A DNA stretch of 64,000 bases, from positions 7,194 through 71,193 of the forward strand of contig CAWFDB010000001.1 in the NCBI GenBank assembly GCA_963814575.1, in the 5' to 3' direction. Positions 53,457 to 64,000 of the stretch are shown here, piece after piece (positions within the stretch are counted from its first letter, which is position 1; every line of letters begins with the position of its first letter). This stretch comes from an uncultured Bacteroidota bacterium (GTDB taxonomy: Bacteria > Bacteroidota > Bacteroidia > Cytophagales > Cyclobacteriaceae). The translations under genes and the position numbers were made by a program. The notes under the pieces are model-generated. The model saw only the letters and a program-made list of their open reading frames with translations. It did not search any database and was not told the DNA's origin.

Positions 53457-53731
53457 ACAGATTTATTTGTCTTCAAATTAGAAATAATTCGTGAAATTTT
53501 ATGCCCTGTTTTTTACTATGGTATTGAAAGGACTGCGGAAAAAATCCGGTAACGCTTGCAAACCTTGCCCTCGAGGTTTTCGGTGGTACCCAATATGCTT
53601 TGCTTTGATAAATATTTTTACAGGGATAAATCTATTCCTAAGGAGCGTTTTACTGTTTACCGCTTTTAGTTCGAGGGGCATTTCGGTACTTTTGTCAATC
53701 TCAATATAGTTCAAATTTAAATTAAACAGGT

Positions 53732-55453
53732 ATGACCATAGCCGATAACATTACCCGACCAAAACGCACGTTTCTTCCTGAAGACTTTAGCGTTTCGGAT
53801 TGGAATTCTTTAAAGCCATCCTTTGAAAATCTATTGTCGAGGGAGTTAACTGATATTCAATCGTTGAGAAAATGGCTGGCTGATCGCAGTGAACTGGAAT
53901 CGGTGATCAGTGAAGATATGGGTTGGCGCTATATAAAAATGACGTGTTATACTGATAATGAAGAATACAGTAAGCGCTATCAGGATTTTGTTGAGAACAT
54001 ACAACCTCAGATCGCTCCGTTCTCGGATCAACTTAACAAAAAACTGGCAGCTTCTTCTTTTCTCGGTCAACTCGAAGCTGAACCTGGTTTTAAAATACTG
54101 ATCCGCAACCTGAAGAAGGATATTGAATTATTCCGTGAAGAAAATATTCCACTTTTCACTCAGATCAATACCGATACCCAGAAGTATGCCCAGATTTCCG
54201 GAGCAATGATGGTGGAAATAAATGACAAGGAACTAACCCTGCAGCAGGCCAGTGTAATACTTCAATCTACTGATCGCGCCAGGCGGGAGGAGGCATATCG
54301 AAAAATTTCTGAACGCAGACTAAAAGACAAGAATGAACTCAATGACCTGTTTTCTAAGCTCATCGGGTTGCGACATCAGGTGGCAAAGAATGCAGGGTTC
54401 GAGAATTTTCGCGATTACATGTTTAAGGCGTATGGCAGGTTTGACTATACTCCGCAGGATTGTTTTGATTTTCATGATGCTATTGCCAGTGAAGTAGTTC
54501 CAATCCTGAACGAACTGAGTAAGGAGCGTAAAGAAAAGCTGAATGTGTCATCCTTGCGACCGTGGGATAAGGCGGTTGATCCGGAAGGAAGAGAGCCTTT
54601 AAAAGCATTTGAAAACGGAAAAGATCTTACAGAAAAGTCGATAGCGTGCTTTCATAGATTAGATCCCTTTCTCGGCCAGTGTTTATCTATCATGAAATCG
54701 ATGGGTCATCTCGATCTTGAATCCCGGAAGGGTAAAGCACCAGGTGGTTATAATTATCCATTGTCTGAAATCGGGGTGCCTTTCATTTTCATGAATGCCA
54801 CTTCAACCATGCGCGACATGACAACGATTATGCATGAAGGTGGTCATGCGGTTCATAATTTCTTAACGAAAGATTTACCATTGAGTGATTTCAAATCTCC
54901 ACCCATGGAAGTAGCTGAGCTCGCTTCCATGTCGATGGAATTGATGTCAATGGATGCATGGGATATTTTCTTCCCCAATGAAGAAGAGCTCAAGCGCGCA
55001 AAGCGTGAGCAACTGGAAGATATCATTGAAACGCTACCGTGGGTGGCAACCATTGATCAGTTTCAACACTGGATTTATGAAAACCCAGCCCACACTCAGG
55101 AAGAACGGAAGAAAAACTGGAATGAGGTTTTTAATAGGTATGCCGATACCATGACAGACTGGAACGGACTGGAAGAAGGAAAAGATTTTGCATGGCAAAA
55201 ACAATTACACCTGTATGAGGTGCCTTTCTATTATATCGAATATGGCATGGCGCAACTCGGAGCAATTGCATTATGGAGAAATTACAAACTTGATAAGCAA
55301 AAAGGACTGGAAGGTTATATGAATGCATTGAAGCTGGGTAACCTAACTACGATACCTGAGATTTACAAAGCGGCCAATATCAAGTTTGATTTCAGCAAAG
55401 CATATATCAAAGAATTAATGGACTTTGTAAAGGAAGAGTTTGCTAAAATTTAA
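53732..55453 (+). CDS. M3 oligoendopeptidase F
   Basis: HEGGH..H, E.AS..ME, PFYYIEY. Confidence 0.93.
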   Translation: MTIADNITRPKRTFLPEDFSVSDWNSLKPSFENLLSRELTDIQSLRKWLADRSELESVISEDMGWRYIKMTCYTDNEEYSKRYQDFVENIQPQIAPFSDQLNKKLAASSFLGQLEAEPGFKILIRNLKKDIELFREENIPLFTQINTDTQKYAQISGAMMVEINDKELTLQQASVILQSTDRARREEAYRKISERRLKDKNELNDLFSKLIGLRHQVAKNAGFENFRDYMFKAYGRFDYTPQDCFDFHDAIASEVVPILNELSKERKEKLNVSSLRPWDKAVDPEGREPLKAFENGKDLTEKSIACFHRLDPFLGQCLSIMKSMGHLDLESRKGKAPGGYNYPLSEIGVPFIFMNATSTMRDMTTIMHEGGHAVHNFLTKDLPLSDFKSPPMEVAELASMSMELMSMDAWDIFFPNEEELKRAKREQLEDIIETLPWVATIDQFQHWIYENPAHTQEERKKNWNEVFNRYADTMTDWNGLEEGKDFAWQKQLHLYEVPFYYIEYGMAQLGAIALWRNYKLDKQKGLEGYMNALKLGNLTTIPEIYKAANIKFDFSKAYIKELMDFVKEEFAKI

Positions 55454-55899
55454 CCGCGGGCTTTATCCAGTAAGTCGCTGAGATGTTTTGATTCTTCTTT
55501 TGACAAGGTCAGGAACTGGGAATCGATATTGTTGATGGATGAATCCAGTTCATTCAGTAGTTTTAGACCAGCCTCTGTGATGCTGATATCCGTAGCGCGC
55601 TTGTCGTTGGGACATTGATTTTTATGAACTAGTTTTTTTCCGATTAAACGGTCCAGCAAGCGTGAAACATCTGAGTTTTTATCAAGCATCCTGCTCTTAA
55701 TCTCCACGGCAGGAATTGGCTTGGGATGCTGACCTCGTAAAATTCTGAGTATGTTGTATTGTTGCCCTGTTATGCCGAACGGTTCAAACAATTCTCTCTG
55801 CCTGTTCTGAATCCAGTTGGCTGTAAAAAGAAGATTGAGCACCGCTTTCTGATGCGGACTTTTAAATTTCGTTTGCTTGATTTCTTCTCCTATGGTCAT
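55450..55899 (-). CDS. MarR regulator
   Basis: QYNILRILRG..SR..DRL..DKR. Confidence 0.9.
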   Translation of the reverse strand: MTIGEEIKQTKFKSPHQKAVLNLLFTANWIQNRQRELFEPFGITGQQYNILRILRGQHPKPIPAVEIKSRMLDKNSDVSRLLDRLIGKKLVHKNQCPNDKRATDISITEAGLKLLNELDSSINNIDSQFLTLSKEESKHLSDLLDKARG

Positions 55900-55941
55900 A
55901 ATAAGAAGGGGAGTTGTAAAACTCCCCTTAATATCAATAAT

Positions 55942-56517
55942 TTATGCTTGTTTATCTAATTCGATTTTACAAATGATGGTTACCTCATCGCTTACTACTG
56001 CCGATCCATCTTGTAATTTGTTGGCCCACTTCACTCCATAATCCTGACGGTTAACAACACCATTTAATTTGAATCCGGCTTTAAACCCACGACCTGTGTT
56101 GATTGTGCCACCATAAGTAACATCAAACGTAACATCTTTCGTTACTTCTTTCATGGTGAATTTACCTTTCAGCAAATACTTGCCACCTTCTTTTACCAGG
56201 TTGCCTTTGAATTTGATATCAGCAAATTTTTCAGCGTCAAAAAAGTCAGCTGACTTAAGGTGTCCATCACGTTTTTCGTTATCTGTGTCGATAGAAGCAA
56301 CTTTAGCAGAGAATTCTACTTCTGCGCCATTGAAATCATCAGACTTGCTTATTACGGAAGCATCGAAATCATTAAACTTTCCTTCTGCATCTGACACCAT
56401 CATATGCACTACGCTAAAGCCCACCTTAGAGTGAGATTTGTCGATTTTCCATGTTGTTTGTGCCGTTGCAAATCCTGCTACCAATAAGAAAGCAGCCAGT
56501 AAATTCATTTTTTTCAT
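55942..56517 (-). CDS. YceI-family protein
   Basis: WKID.SHS.VGF, RD.HL.S.DFF. Confidence 0.92.
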   Translation of the reverse strand: MKKMNLLAAFLLVAGFATAQTTWKIDKSHSKVGFSVVHMMVSDAEGKFNDFDASVISKSDDFNGAEVEFSAKVASIDTDNEKRDGHLKSADFFDAEKFADIKFKGNLVKEGGKYLLKGKFTMKEVTKDVTFDVTYGGTINTGRGFKAGFKLNGVVNRQDYGVKWANKLQDGSAVVSDEVTIICKIELDKQA

Positions 56518-56671
56518 GTGTTTTTGATTTTTAGTTAACATTTTGTTTTGCTGTGCAAGTATAACACCAGTTTTCAAATAGATGTTTAAACATCTATTTA
56601 TTTATTGTTAAATACTTGTTAATCAGTTAATAAAAAATTTATTACTGAGGAACTATCAAATTAAACGAGTT

Positions 56672-58900
56672 TTAAAGATTCAGCCAGTAGGTGAGTTTTA
56701 GCACCAGTGCGCGGCTTTTTGGCTGGCCGATGTAAAATACGTTACCGTTCTCAAATGACTCGGCAAAATAGTTATCGGTATACACGATGAATAGATCTGA
56801 AACAGGTTTGAATCGCCATTGAAATCTTGAATTGATATTCAGATTATTGATCTGACTGTTGTATTGAATGAAGGTTGTCCAGAATACCTTTCGTGAAAAG
56901 GTGAAATCAAAACGAGGACCAACCAGAATCAGATCGGAACTATTGTAAGGTTCGGGAAGTCTGATGCCATTATAACTGAAGTTCAGGGATGCGAATCCCC
57001 ATGGTTGATACCGATAGGTAAGGACACCAACCAGATTAATTCTTGTGCCATTGAAATACCCTCCCGAGCGTGTACTTAAATCATAGTAGAAACGCTTGCG
57101 TGCATTGGATGTGAAGTTGGCGATAAGCAAATAATTCTTGTAAGAAGTATTGGATTCGAGTTCCAGTCCACCCGTGCCACTGGGGTCGAAAGGATTAAAC
57201 AGAAACGTGTACTCTCTTCTCAACCGCATGGTAAGAATTGCAGTACTTCTGAATCTCATTCTGTAAAGGAGATTATAATCCCAGTCAAGAAAGCCATACG
57301 TTTCGTTGCCGACCATATCAAAGTCAAACCCAGGCCCATGACTCTGAATAATTCCATGTGATGGATAAAAATTGCGATAGGTAGTAGAAGCAAGTTGCCT
57401 GATATCGGTTCGCCTCACAAAGCCTACTTCCGGACTATAGTTGGCTCCTACGTTTCGGGTCAGGGCTGTCACATTCCATTTGAGTGTGTTGTAAGTAATA
57501 AATCCACCAAAGGCAAATGCAGAATCTTTTTTTGATTCATCAAAGGAGTGATGATAAAATGCTTTTCCTATCCAGCGATTATCTTTAGATGCAAGATTGA
57601 AATCCAGACCAGCAGCGCGTGAATAGTCATTGGGATGACCCGTGAACTCTCCGCCAATAGAATCCTGAAAGGCTTGTTTGTTGATCAGGATCAGACCTAT
57701 GTTCGAACGTGCAAAGACTTTTTGTTGAATCGTGGCCACTGTATAGTTGGTGGAAGGCAAGTTGATTTTCTCATCTTCGCCAGCCTGCATATTTAAAATC
57801 CCTATGCGTGTGTTATTATTTATTTTGCCGCTCAGGCGAACACCACCATAAATGGGATTCTGTACATTTTGACCGGTGGAGGAATCGCGCGCCACACCTA
57901 TGCGCCTGGAGAAAAAAGGACGTGTACCTTCCAAACCAAAATTTGCAAACAGATCGGCATTCTCCAGAAAAAATTGCCTTCGTTCTGGAAAGAATATTTC
58001 AAAACGGTCGAGATTGGTCACTTGCTCATCTACTTCTACCTGTGAAAAATCAGGGTTCACAGTCAGATCAAGATTCAGGGCAGGACCAATACCAATTTTA
58101 GCATCGCCACCAAACTGGATTTTATTTTCAGTGGGAGTTCCCTCCTCAAAATTCCTGGCTGAATTACCTGCCATGTATGGGATCACGGATACGTTACCTC
58201 CTGGATTTTCAAGCGGCTTATCCCAGATCAATTCTTTGTTGAAAGAAAGATTGATAATATCAAAGTTGCGCGGAATTGGCGACCAGGTTGATCGCTCAGC
58301 ATACTGACTGTCGATGCGATAGAAGTTTATATACCAGCTGGTCAGATTTTCTTTGAAGCGAAGTGTTTTGAATGGGATCGCCATTTCAGCAATCCAGTAT
58401 TCATCATAGATTTTAACTTCTGAATACCACTTGTTATCCCAGTTAAGCGTAAAATCATCGCGCCCTATTCCACCACCGTTGGAGACCAGTCCTTCACGCT
58501 GCACTCCAAATGGATTAACCCCAAATACAAACCCATTTGTACGATCTTTAAATGTATCAAACACAACGGATATGCCATCGTTTGCCTCACCACGATAATC
58601 TCTTCTGAGCGAGGGCGTCACATATTTCCGGGGCCCCAGGTTATACATTTTTGCGCCTATGTAAATAAACTCATCATCATAGGTCAGTCTGATTTCAGTC
58701 TGGGCATTTGCCAGCGAGGAATCGTATGGAAAGAACTGACGGAATTGAGATGCTACTTCAGAGCCTTGCCAGCCAGCATCGTCCAGGTTTCCATCCAGTA
58801 CAATGGCAGCGGTACTCTTTCTGATCGTAATGTGTGGCTGACCCCAGGCATTGTAACACACCACACATAAACACAGAATCAGAAAGAAGAGGACACGCAC
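56672..58900 (-). CDS. CBM9-like plus DUF5916 protein (paralogue of 44220-46493)
   Basis: Same motifs. Confidence 0.85.
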   Translation of the reverse strand: MRVLFFLILCLCVVCYNAWGQPHITIRKSTAAIVLDGNLDDAGWQGSEVASQFRQFFPYDSSLANAQTEIRLTYDDEFIYIGAKMYNLGPRKYVTPSLRRDYRGEANDGISVVFDTFKDRTNGFVFGVNPFGVQREGLVSNGGGIGRDDFTLNWDNKWYSEVKIYDEYWIAEMAIPFKTLRFKENLTSWYINFYRIDSQYAERSTWSPIPRNFDIINLSFNKELIWDKPLENPGGNVSVIPYMAGNSARNFEEGTPTENKIQFGGDAKIGIGPALNLDLTVNPDFSQVEVDEQVTNLDRFEIFFPERRQFFLENADLFANFGLEGTRPFFSRRIGVARDSSTGQNVQNPIYGGVRLSGKINNNTRIGILNMQAGEDEKINLPSTNYTVATIQQKVFARSNIGLILINKQAFQDSIGGEFTGHPNDYSRAAGLDFNLASKDNRWIGKAFYHHSFDESKKDSAFAFGGFITYNTLKWNVTALTRNVGANYSPEVGFVRRTDIRQLASTTYRNFYPSHGIIQSHGPGFDFDMVGNETYGFLDWDYNLLYRMRFRSTAILTMRLRREYTFLFNPFDPSGTGGLELESNTSYKNYLLIANFTSNARKRFYYDLSTRSGGYFNGTRINLVGVLTYRYQPWGFASLNFSYNGIRLPEPYNSSDLILVGPRFDFTFSRKVFWTTFIQYNSQINNLNINSRFQWRFKPVSDLFIVYTDNYFAESFENGNVFYIGQPKSRALVLKLTYWLNL

Positions 58901-58987
58901 TGAAAATGGAATTTAGCGTGCAAATCTAAGGAACGGTCGAAAGTCAGAATATGAAATTTGACAGGTGGAAGTATGGGCTTTTCAGCG

Positions 58988-59704
58988 TCAGATTTTCAAA
59001 TAAAAATCACACGTTAAATTTTTATAGGCTTCTGTCCACTCTTCACCGTGTTGATAAAGGATCAATGACTCGTTTTTAAGCTCGTTCTTTTTAAGTTGAA
59101 GTTGCAATAAGAATCGCTCTGTTGGTTTGTTCTCACGTGCGCGAAATTCACAAAGTCGTGAGCAAAACCAACCTTGCTTTTCTGCGAGTGAAATAAAACT
59201 TTTTGCTTCTGTAACCGGAAGAATAAGACACAACCTGCCATCAGGTGTTAATAACCGGCTGGCATGATCAAGCAACTCGTTGGGTGGCAAGGCTTCCGTA
59301 TGTCTTGCCCTGGTTCTTTCTTCTGCCGGAGGTTTGGCGCTGTCAATAAAGAATGGAGGATTGCTCACAATAAGATCGTAAGGCGAGGATTCAAATTCTT
59401 GAAAAGCAATCTTTTCAATTTTTATTTTATCGGGCCAGGGTGAGTCAGCAATATTTTCTCTTGCCTGCTGACAATCTCCTTGAGAAATATCAATGGCATC
59501 GATATGGGTTTCAGAGGATGATCTTTGTGCCAGCATTAAAGCGATCACACCCGATCCGGTTCCAATATCTAACATGCGAGTGGCCTGATTCACATCAACC
59601 CATGCGCCAAGCAATACACCATCGGTGCCTACTTTATGTGCACACCGGTCGTGCTTCACAGAAAATTGTTTGAAACGAAAAATGTCTTTGGTTTTCCTGG
59701 CCAT
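58988..59704 (-). CDS. yfiC: tRNA1(Val) A37 N6-methyltransferase
   Basis: FKQF, KVGTDGVLLGAW, DIGTGSG, NPPF. Confidence 0.88.
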   Translation of the reverse strand: MARKTKDIFRFKQFSVKHDRCAHKVGTDGVLLGAWVDVNQATRMLDIGTGSGVIALMLAQRSSSETHIDAIDISQGDCQQARENIADSPWPDKIKIEKIAFQEFESSPYDLIVSNPPFFIDSAKPPAEERTRARHTEALPPNELLDHASRLLTPDGRLCLILPVTEAKSFISLAEKQGWFCSRLCEFRARENKPTERFLLQLQLKKNELKNESLILYQHGEEWTEAYKNLTCDFYLKI

Positions 59705-59725
59705 CTTGAAATAAAATGTCTGGAA

Positions 59726-60823
59726 TCAGACAGGAACGGCCTGGTGATATACCTTATTCTCCCAATCATGCAGTAGTGGATTCATCATGGCAAACCATAG
59801 GGGAGGCACCAGAGCAATTAAAATCATGGTAGGATATCCAAAAGGCAGTTGCGGGCTATCATCATAATGGTTCAACACCTGATACCGCTTGATGGCGTTG
59901 GCGTGATGATCAGAATGACGCTGAAGTTGAAATAAGAAAAAGTTGCTGATCAGATAGCTGGTATTCCAGGAGTGCAATGGATTTACCCGTTCATATTTTC
60001 CGCCCGGCAATTGTTTGCGCACAATGCCATAATGCTCAACGTAGTTTACCAGTTCAAGCAGTGTAAACGCGATTATGCTTTGAGCAAAAAAGAACACAGG
60101 CACTTGCCATTGTATTCCGTTTTGATTCATGCTGAAAATGAACGTTAACATAACGCAAAAAAGCACCGGCAGAAGGGCGAACCTGATCATCTCATTTTGA
60201 AAACTGAAAACAGATTTTCCTTTTCGCTGCAACCGATCCTGTTCCAGTTTCCAAGCATGCGCGTATCCATGAAATACAGAACGAAACCAGAAGGAATAGA
60301 AATTTTCATTTTTTCTTGAGGTTGCAGGATCTTCCGGGGTAGCTACATAGACATGATGTCCCCGGTTATGTTCAACATAAAAGTGCATGTAGCAAACCGT
60401 TATTAAAATCAGCTTACTGTAAAAACGCTCAAGCTTTGATTTCTTATGACCTAATTCGTGCGCCACCGTAATTCCGATTCCTCCGGTTACCAATCCAGCA
60501 CTGATGGTAAAACCGATCCATTCGGCAACAGTCTTGATCGTTCCTGTCGTGATCGCGTAAGCACACCACACAATAAACGCGAGTTGCACATATGTCCATA
60601 CATAGGTAACGAAGCGGTAATAGAATTCTTCACCAGCATTTTCAGCATCAGTTTCAGTTAAGTTGGAGGTGTCCAGACCTGTCAGGTAATCGATCAATGG
60701 TATGAATAAGAATACAAATACCAGGGGAAGGTAATGCCACCAGCCACCGAGGTAAAAACTGCTGATGACCAATGCAGGCAGAATGAATGCAGTGAAGAAG
60801 CCGATCTTTTTGAAAATCTTCAT
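59726..60823 (-). CDS. alkB: Alkane 1-monooxygenase
   Basis: HELGH, EHNRGHH, NYVEHYG, LQRHSDHHA. Confidence 0.92.
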   Translation of the reverse strand: MKIFKKIGFFTAFILPALVISSFYLGGWWHYLPLVFVFLFIPLIDYLTGLDTSNLTETDAENAGEEFYYRFVTYVWTYVQLAFIVWCAYAITTGTIKTVAEWIGFTISAGLVTGGIGITVAHELGHKKSKLERFYSKLILITVCYMHFYVEHNRGHHVYVATPEDPATSRKNENFYSFWFRSVFHGYAHAWKLEQDRLQRKGKSVFSFQNEMIRFALLPVLFCVMLTFIFSMNQNGIQWQVPVFFFAQSIIAFTLLELVNYVEHYGIVRKQLPGGKYERVNPLHSWNTSYLISNFFLFQLQRHSDHHANAIKRYQVLNHYDDSPQLPFGYPTMILIALVPPLWFAMMNPLLHDWENKVYHQAVPV

Positions 60824-60954
60824 GTTCGAATTTACAAAAATGAAGGCAGTTGAATGATTTACCTAATAAAAATATGGCATTTATCCTGAAAGCGATGTTG
60901 CCACAGGGTCATTCAAGGTTAATACCCAATAATATCACTTTCAATTAATTAGGT

Positions 60955-60962
60955 TACCTTTG
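60955..60962 (+). promoter_or_regulatory. Bacteroidota -7 element
   Basis: TACCTTTG before the helicase. Confidence 0.55.
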
Positions 60963-60988
60963 CGAATTATTATAAGCTAAATACATTA

Positions 60989-62779
60989 ATGAAATCATTT
61001 GACGACCTGGGACTCTCCGGGCAACTGGTGGAAACGATCCGCCAAATGGGTTTTGAATCACCCACACCGATTCAGGAGCAAGCAATTCCAATATTATTAA
61101 CCGGAAATACTGACCTGGTAGGGTTGGCGCAGACCGGTACCGGCAAGACCGCTGCCTTTGGTCTTCCATTGCTGGAGTTGATTGATGACTCTAACCGCTC
61201 TACGCAAGCTTTAATTCTGGCGCCAACGCGCGAGTTGAGTGTGCAAATTACCAGTGACCTTGAGAAGTTCTCTGCTGGGATGAAAAATCTGAGTATTGTT
61301 ACGGTGTATGGCGGAGCCAGCATCAGTGATCAGATCAGAAAAGTAAGAAAGGGAGTACATATTATCGTGGCAACTCCAGGCCGTTTGATCGATTTACTTT
61401 CACGAAAAGTAGTTGACTTAACCACTATTCGCTATGTGATACTCGATGAGGCAGACGAAATGCTCAACATGGGCTTTAAGGAAGATATCGATGATATTCT
61501 TTCTACCATGCCGAAGGAAAAGAATGTATGGCTTTTCTCAGCTACCATGCCTCGCGAGGTAAAGGAGATATCGAAAAACTACATGAACAATCCCAGGGAA
61601 CTTACCATGGGTGAGCGCAACCAGGGCAACGAAAACATCGACCATCAATACATTGTGGTGGATGACCGTGATAAGTACCTGGCGTTAAAAAGATTTGTAG
61701 ACTATACACCCGATATTTTTGGTGTGATTTTCTGCAGAACGAAAATCGATACCCAAAAAATTGCTGAACATTTGATTAAAGACGGATACAATGCCGATTC
61801 TTTGCATGGTGATCTTACGCAGATGCAGCGCGATCGTGTGATGCGCAGTTTCAAGAACAAGACACTTCAACTGCTGGTAGCTACGGATGTGGCCGCACGA
61901 GGTATTGACGTGAGTGGAATCACCCACGTGATTCATATGAACATGCCTGATGAAATGGAATACTATACCCACCGAAGCGGACGTACTGCCCGCGCAGGTA
62001 AGAAGGGGATTTCACTGGCGATTATATCTAAAAAAGAAATCGGTCGTATTCAGCAGGTAGAGCGTGGTTTAAAGAGAAAATTCTCGAAGATCAACGTGCC
62101 TACCGGTGATGAAGTGTGTCAGAATAAATTACTGGCGCTTGTTCACAAAGTGAAGCAGGTAGAAGTGAATGAAGAAGAAATTGATTCTTTCTTACCCGAA
62201 GTTTATCATGAACTGAAAGACCTTAGCAAAGAAGATATCATCAAGCGTTTTGCTTCCATTGAGTTCAATCGTTTTCTCGAATACTATCGCGATGCGAAGG
62301 ATTTAAATAATAAATCAGATGGCAGGACCAGATCATACGAAAGTAGTGGTGATGCAGGTGATGATCAGTTCATAACGGGTGATCGTATCTTCATCAATGT
62401 AGGCAAGATGGATGACCTTGAAAAAGGAACGTTGCTTGGATTGATTTGTGATTTTGGTGAAGTGACCGGAGATGTGGTTGGAAAGATCGATCTCAAAGGC
62501 GCTTATTCATTCTTTGAAGTGGACAAGAAGTACACCGAGCAGATCATGAAAGGCTTTGAAGGTGTTGAAGTGCGTGGAAGAAAAGTGAGACTGGAACTTT
62601 CCGGTCCTCATAAAGAGCAATATTCAGAGAAGAAGAAGGAACGCTTCTATGGCTCGAAAAAAGAGTCGTTTGGAGGCGGTAGCGGTGGTGAAAGAAGAAG
62701 CAGTGGCGGAGACAGGAGAAGTAGCGGTGGAGATCGCAGAAGTGGTGGTGGTGAAAGAAAGGGCCGCGGAAGATATTGA
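60989..62779 (+). CDS. DEAD-box RNA helicase with DbpA-type C-terminal domain
   Basis: AQTGTGKT, DEAD, SAT, HRSGRTAR. Confidence 0.95.
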   Translation: MKSFDDLGLSGQLVETIRQMGFESPTPIQEQAIPILLTGNTDLVGLAQTGTGKTAAFGLPLLELIDDSNRSTQALILAPTRELSVQITSDLEKFSAGMKNLSIVTVYGGASISDQIRKVRKGVHIIVATPGRLIDLLSRKVVDLTTIRYVILDEADEMLNMGFKEDIDDILSTMPKEKNVWLFSATMPREVKEISKNYMNNPRELTMGERNQGNENIDHQYIVVDDRDKYLALKRFVDYTPDIFGVIFCRTKIDTQKIAEHLIKDGYNADSLHGDLTQMQRDRVMRSFKNKTLQLLVATDVAARGIDVSGITHVIHMNMPDEMEYYTHRSGRTARAGKKGISLAIISKKEIGRIQQVERGLKRKFSKINVPTGDEVCQNKLLALVHKVKQVEVNEEEIDSFLPEVYHELKDLSKEDIIKRFASIEFNRFLEYYRDAKDLNNKSDGRTRSYESSGDAGDDQFITGDRIFINVGKMDDLEKGTLLGLICDFGEVTGDVVGKIDLKGAYSFFEVDKKYTEQIMKGFEGVEVRGRKVRLELSGPHKEQYSEKKKERFYGSKKESFGGGSGGERRSSGGDRRSSGGDRRSGGGERKGRGRY

Positions 62780-62815
62780 TCTTCTTGGTTATTGAGCTGA
62801 CTTAGCGTTAGCCAG

Positions 62816-62854
62816 ATGAGTTGTCAGGATATTTCTGGCAACTCATTTTTTTTT
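62816..62854 (+). terminator. Rho-independent terminator
   Basis: ATGAGTTGTCAG/CTGGCAACTCAT plus T-run. Confidence 0.75.
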
Positions 62855-62859
62855 GAGTA

Positions 62860-63339
62860 CTACACAGGTTTAAATTGTTCAAAAGCCTCTTTGCAGGTAT
62901 TGCAATAAAAGATTGCCCTGCATAGGGTAGGACCGAAGGGAGATTTTAATTCTGTGTTGGTGCCCTCGCAGCGTGGACAGATGGCAGTTTCCAATATTTC
63001 AAGATCGGTAAAGACTTTGGTAGAGGGTGGTGGTGACAGTCCAAATTGCTTTAAGGATTTCTTTCCTTTTTCTGAAATCAAATCTGAACTCCACGGCTTT
63101 CTAAAGGTGATGTTCACTTCTATATCTTTTACACCACGATTTTTCAAAACTCCCTCGACTTCACTTTTCATGTATTCCATCGCGGGACAGCCAACAAACG
63201 TGGGAGTCATTTCTATGGTAACTTTTTCTCCGTCAACAACCACATGGGTGATTACGCCCAGGTCAACAAGTGAGAGTACCGGTATTTCAGGATCTTTTAC
63301 TTCTTCAAGCCATTGTAATATTTGATCTTTTGAGAACAT
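62860..63339 (-). CDS. paaD: Phenylacetyl-CoA epoxidase subunit PaaD
   Basis: DPEIP, TPT..GCPA, CPRC..FG.T.C..C..C.E.FE.FK. Confidence 0.92.
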   Translation of the reverse strand: MFSKDQILQWLEEVKDPEIPVLSLVDLGVITHVVVDGEKVTIEMTPTFVGCPAMEYMKSEVEGVLKNRGVKDIEVNITFRKPWSSDLISEKGKKSLKQFGLSPPPSTKVFTDLEILETAICPRCEGTNTELKSPFGPTLCRAIFYCNTCKEAFEQFKPV

Positions 63340-63361
63340 AGAATTCTTTAATCGGTTAGCA

Positions 63362-64000
63362 TTACCATTCTGCAGCCGGATCTATTTTGAATACCTCACT
63401 CATTTCATCCAGCAGTGGCTGAAGATGCTCACTGTGTTTTCCGGTTCTGCCTCCGATTATCGGCTGAATAATTTTTACATCAGGCAATTGAAGACTCGTT
63501 TGAGCCAGTATCTTTTGAATCTGCGCAAGCCACTTTTCTTTTATCTTCTGTTCGCCTTCAAAGATGCCCTGCAAAATGATTTCATTTTCACAGGGTGACT
63601 CTTCAAACATTCCCAATGCAAATGGCAATGCATACTCAAGTGATTTTTGAAGTCGCCCAATGCTTTCAGGTGATGCTGACCCAAGTTGTTTGATCCATGT
63701 GTTCGCATGCAGGGTGTGGTATCTGAGTTCGCCACGGATTTTAGTTGCCAGCTGAGCCAGTGGTTCACAGGAAGATCGTGTCAGCGCTTCAAAGCGAATG
63801 GCTTCTGCCGTATCATATAGAAAATGCCTGATCAGACTGAAATCATATTCTCCGTTTGGCAATTCGGTCAAAATGCAATTGTGAAATTGATTTGCGTTGC
63901 GGGTGAAGGCTACCGTATCCGGGTCGTTCTCTCCCAATTGATGAAGTATCGTAAAGAGTGCCAGGCTATGTCCGATCTTGTCCTGCGCCATTGATGAGAA
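63362..64000 (-). CDS. paaC: Phenylacetyl-CoA epoxidase subunit PaaC (5' end beyond window)
   Basis: ELPNG.Y, GR.G.HSEHL..LL.EM, P.AEW. Confidence 0.9.
   Translation of the reverse strand, partial: FSSMAQDKIGHSLALFTILHQLGENDPDTVAFTRNANQFHNCILTELPNGEYDFSLIRHFLYDTAEAIRFEALTRSSCEPLAQLATKIRGELRYHTLHANTWIKQLGSASPESIGRLQKSLEYALPFALGMFEESPCENEIILQGIFEGEQKIKEKWLAQIQKILAQTSLQLPDVKIIQPIIGGRTGKHSEHLQPLLDEMSEVFKIDPAAEW

Noticed and set aside
1-64000. tRNA/rRNA genes or group II intron
   Set aside because: None recognised by eye; no RT ORF. A covariance search was not possible.

Overview
Bacteroidota (Cytophagales-like) chromosomal window, judged from the porD-coaBC-rpoZ-bamD synteny, a T9SS substrate and TAnnTTTG promoters. 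It carries many indel frameshifts typical of unpolished long reads. Positions 1-21,530 hold an integron-like gene-cassette array that runs off the left edge: 12 hairpin repeats of about 130 bp (AAC...GTT) separate 11 co-oriented cassettes. The left end of every repeat is complementary to the right flank of the PREVIOUS repeat, which is the signature of units that circularise and reshuffle. No cognate integrase is in the window. Two repeats are interrupted at the same nucleotide by IS110 elements whose non-coding end folds into a two-loop bridge RNA, with guides readable by eye that match the cassette repeat (target) and the IS circle junction (donor). One cassette gene is split by a 9.3-kb longer-than-unit copy of an apparent 8,808-bp circle (DDE transposase/ATPase/primase transposon, partial RIT, IS1634), which is either real or chimeric. 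The remainder (about 21.7-64 kb) is ordinary core genome with one IS3.
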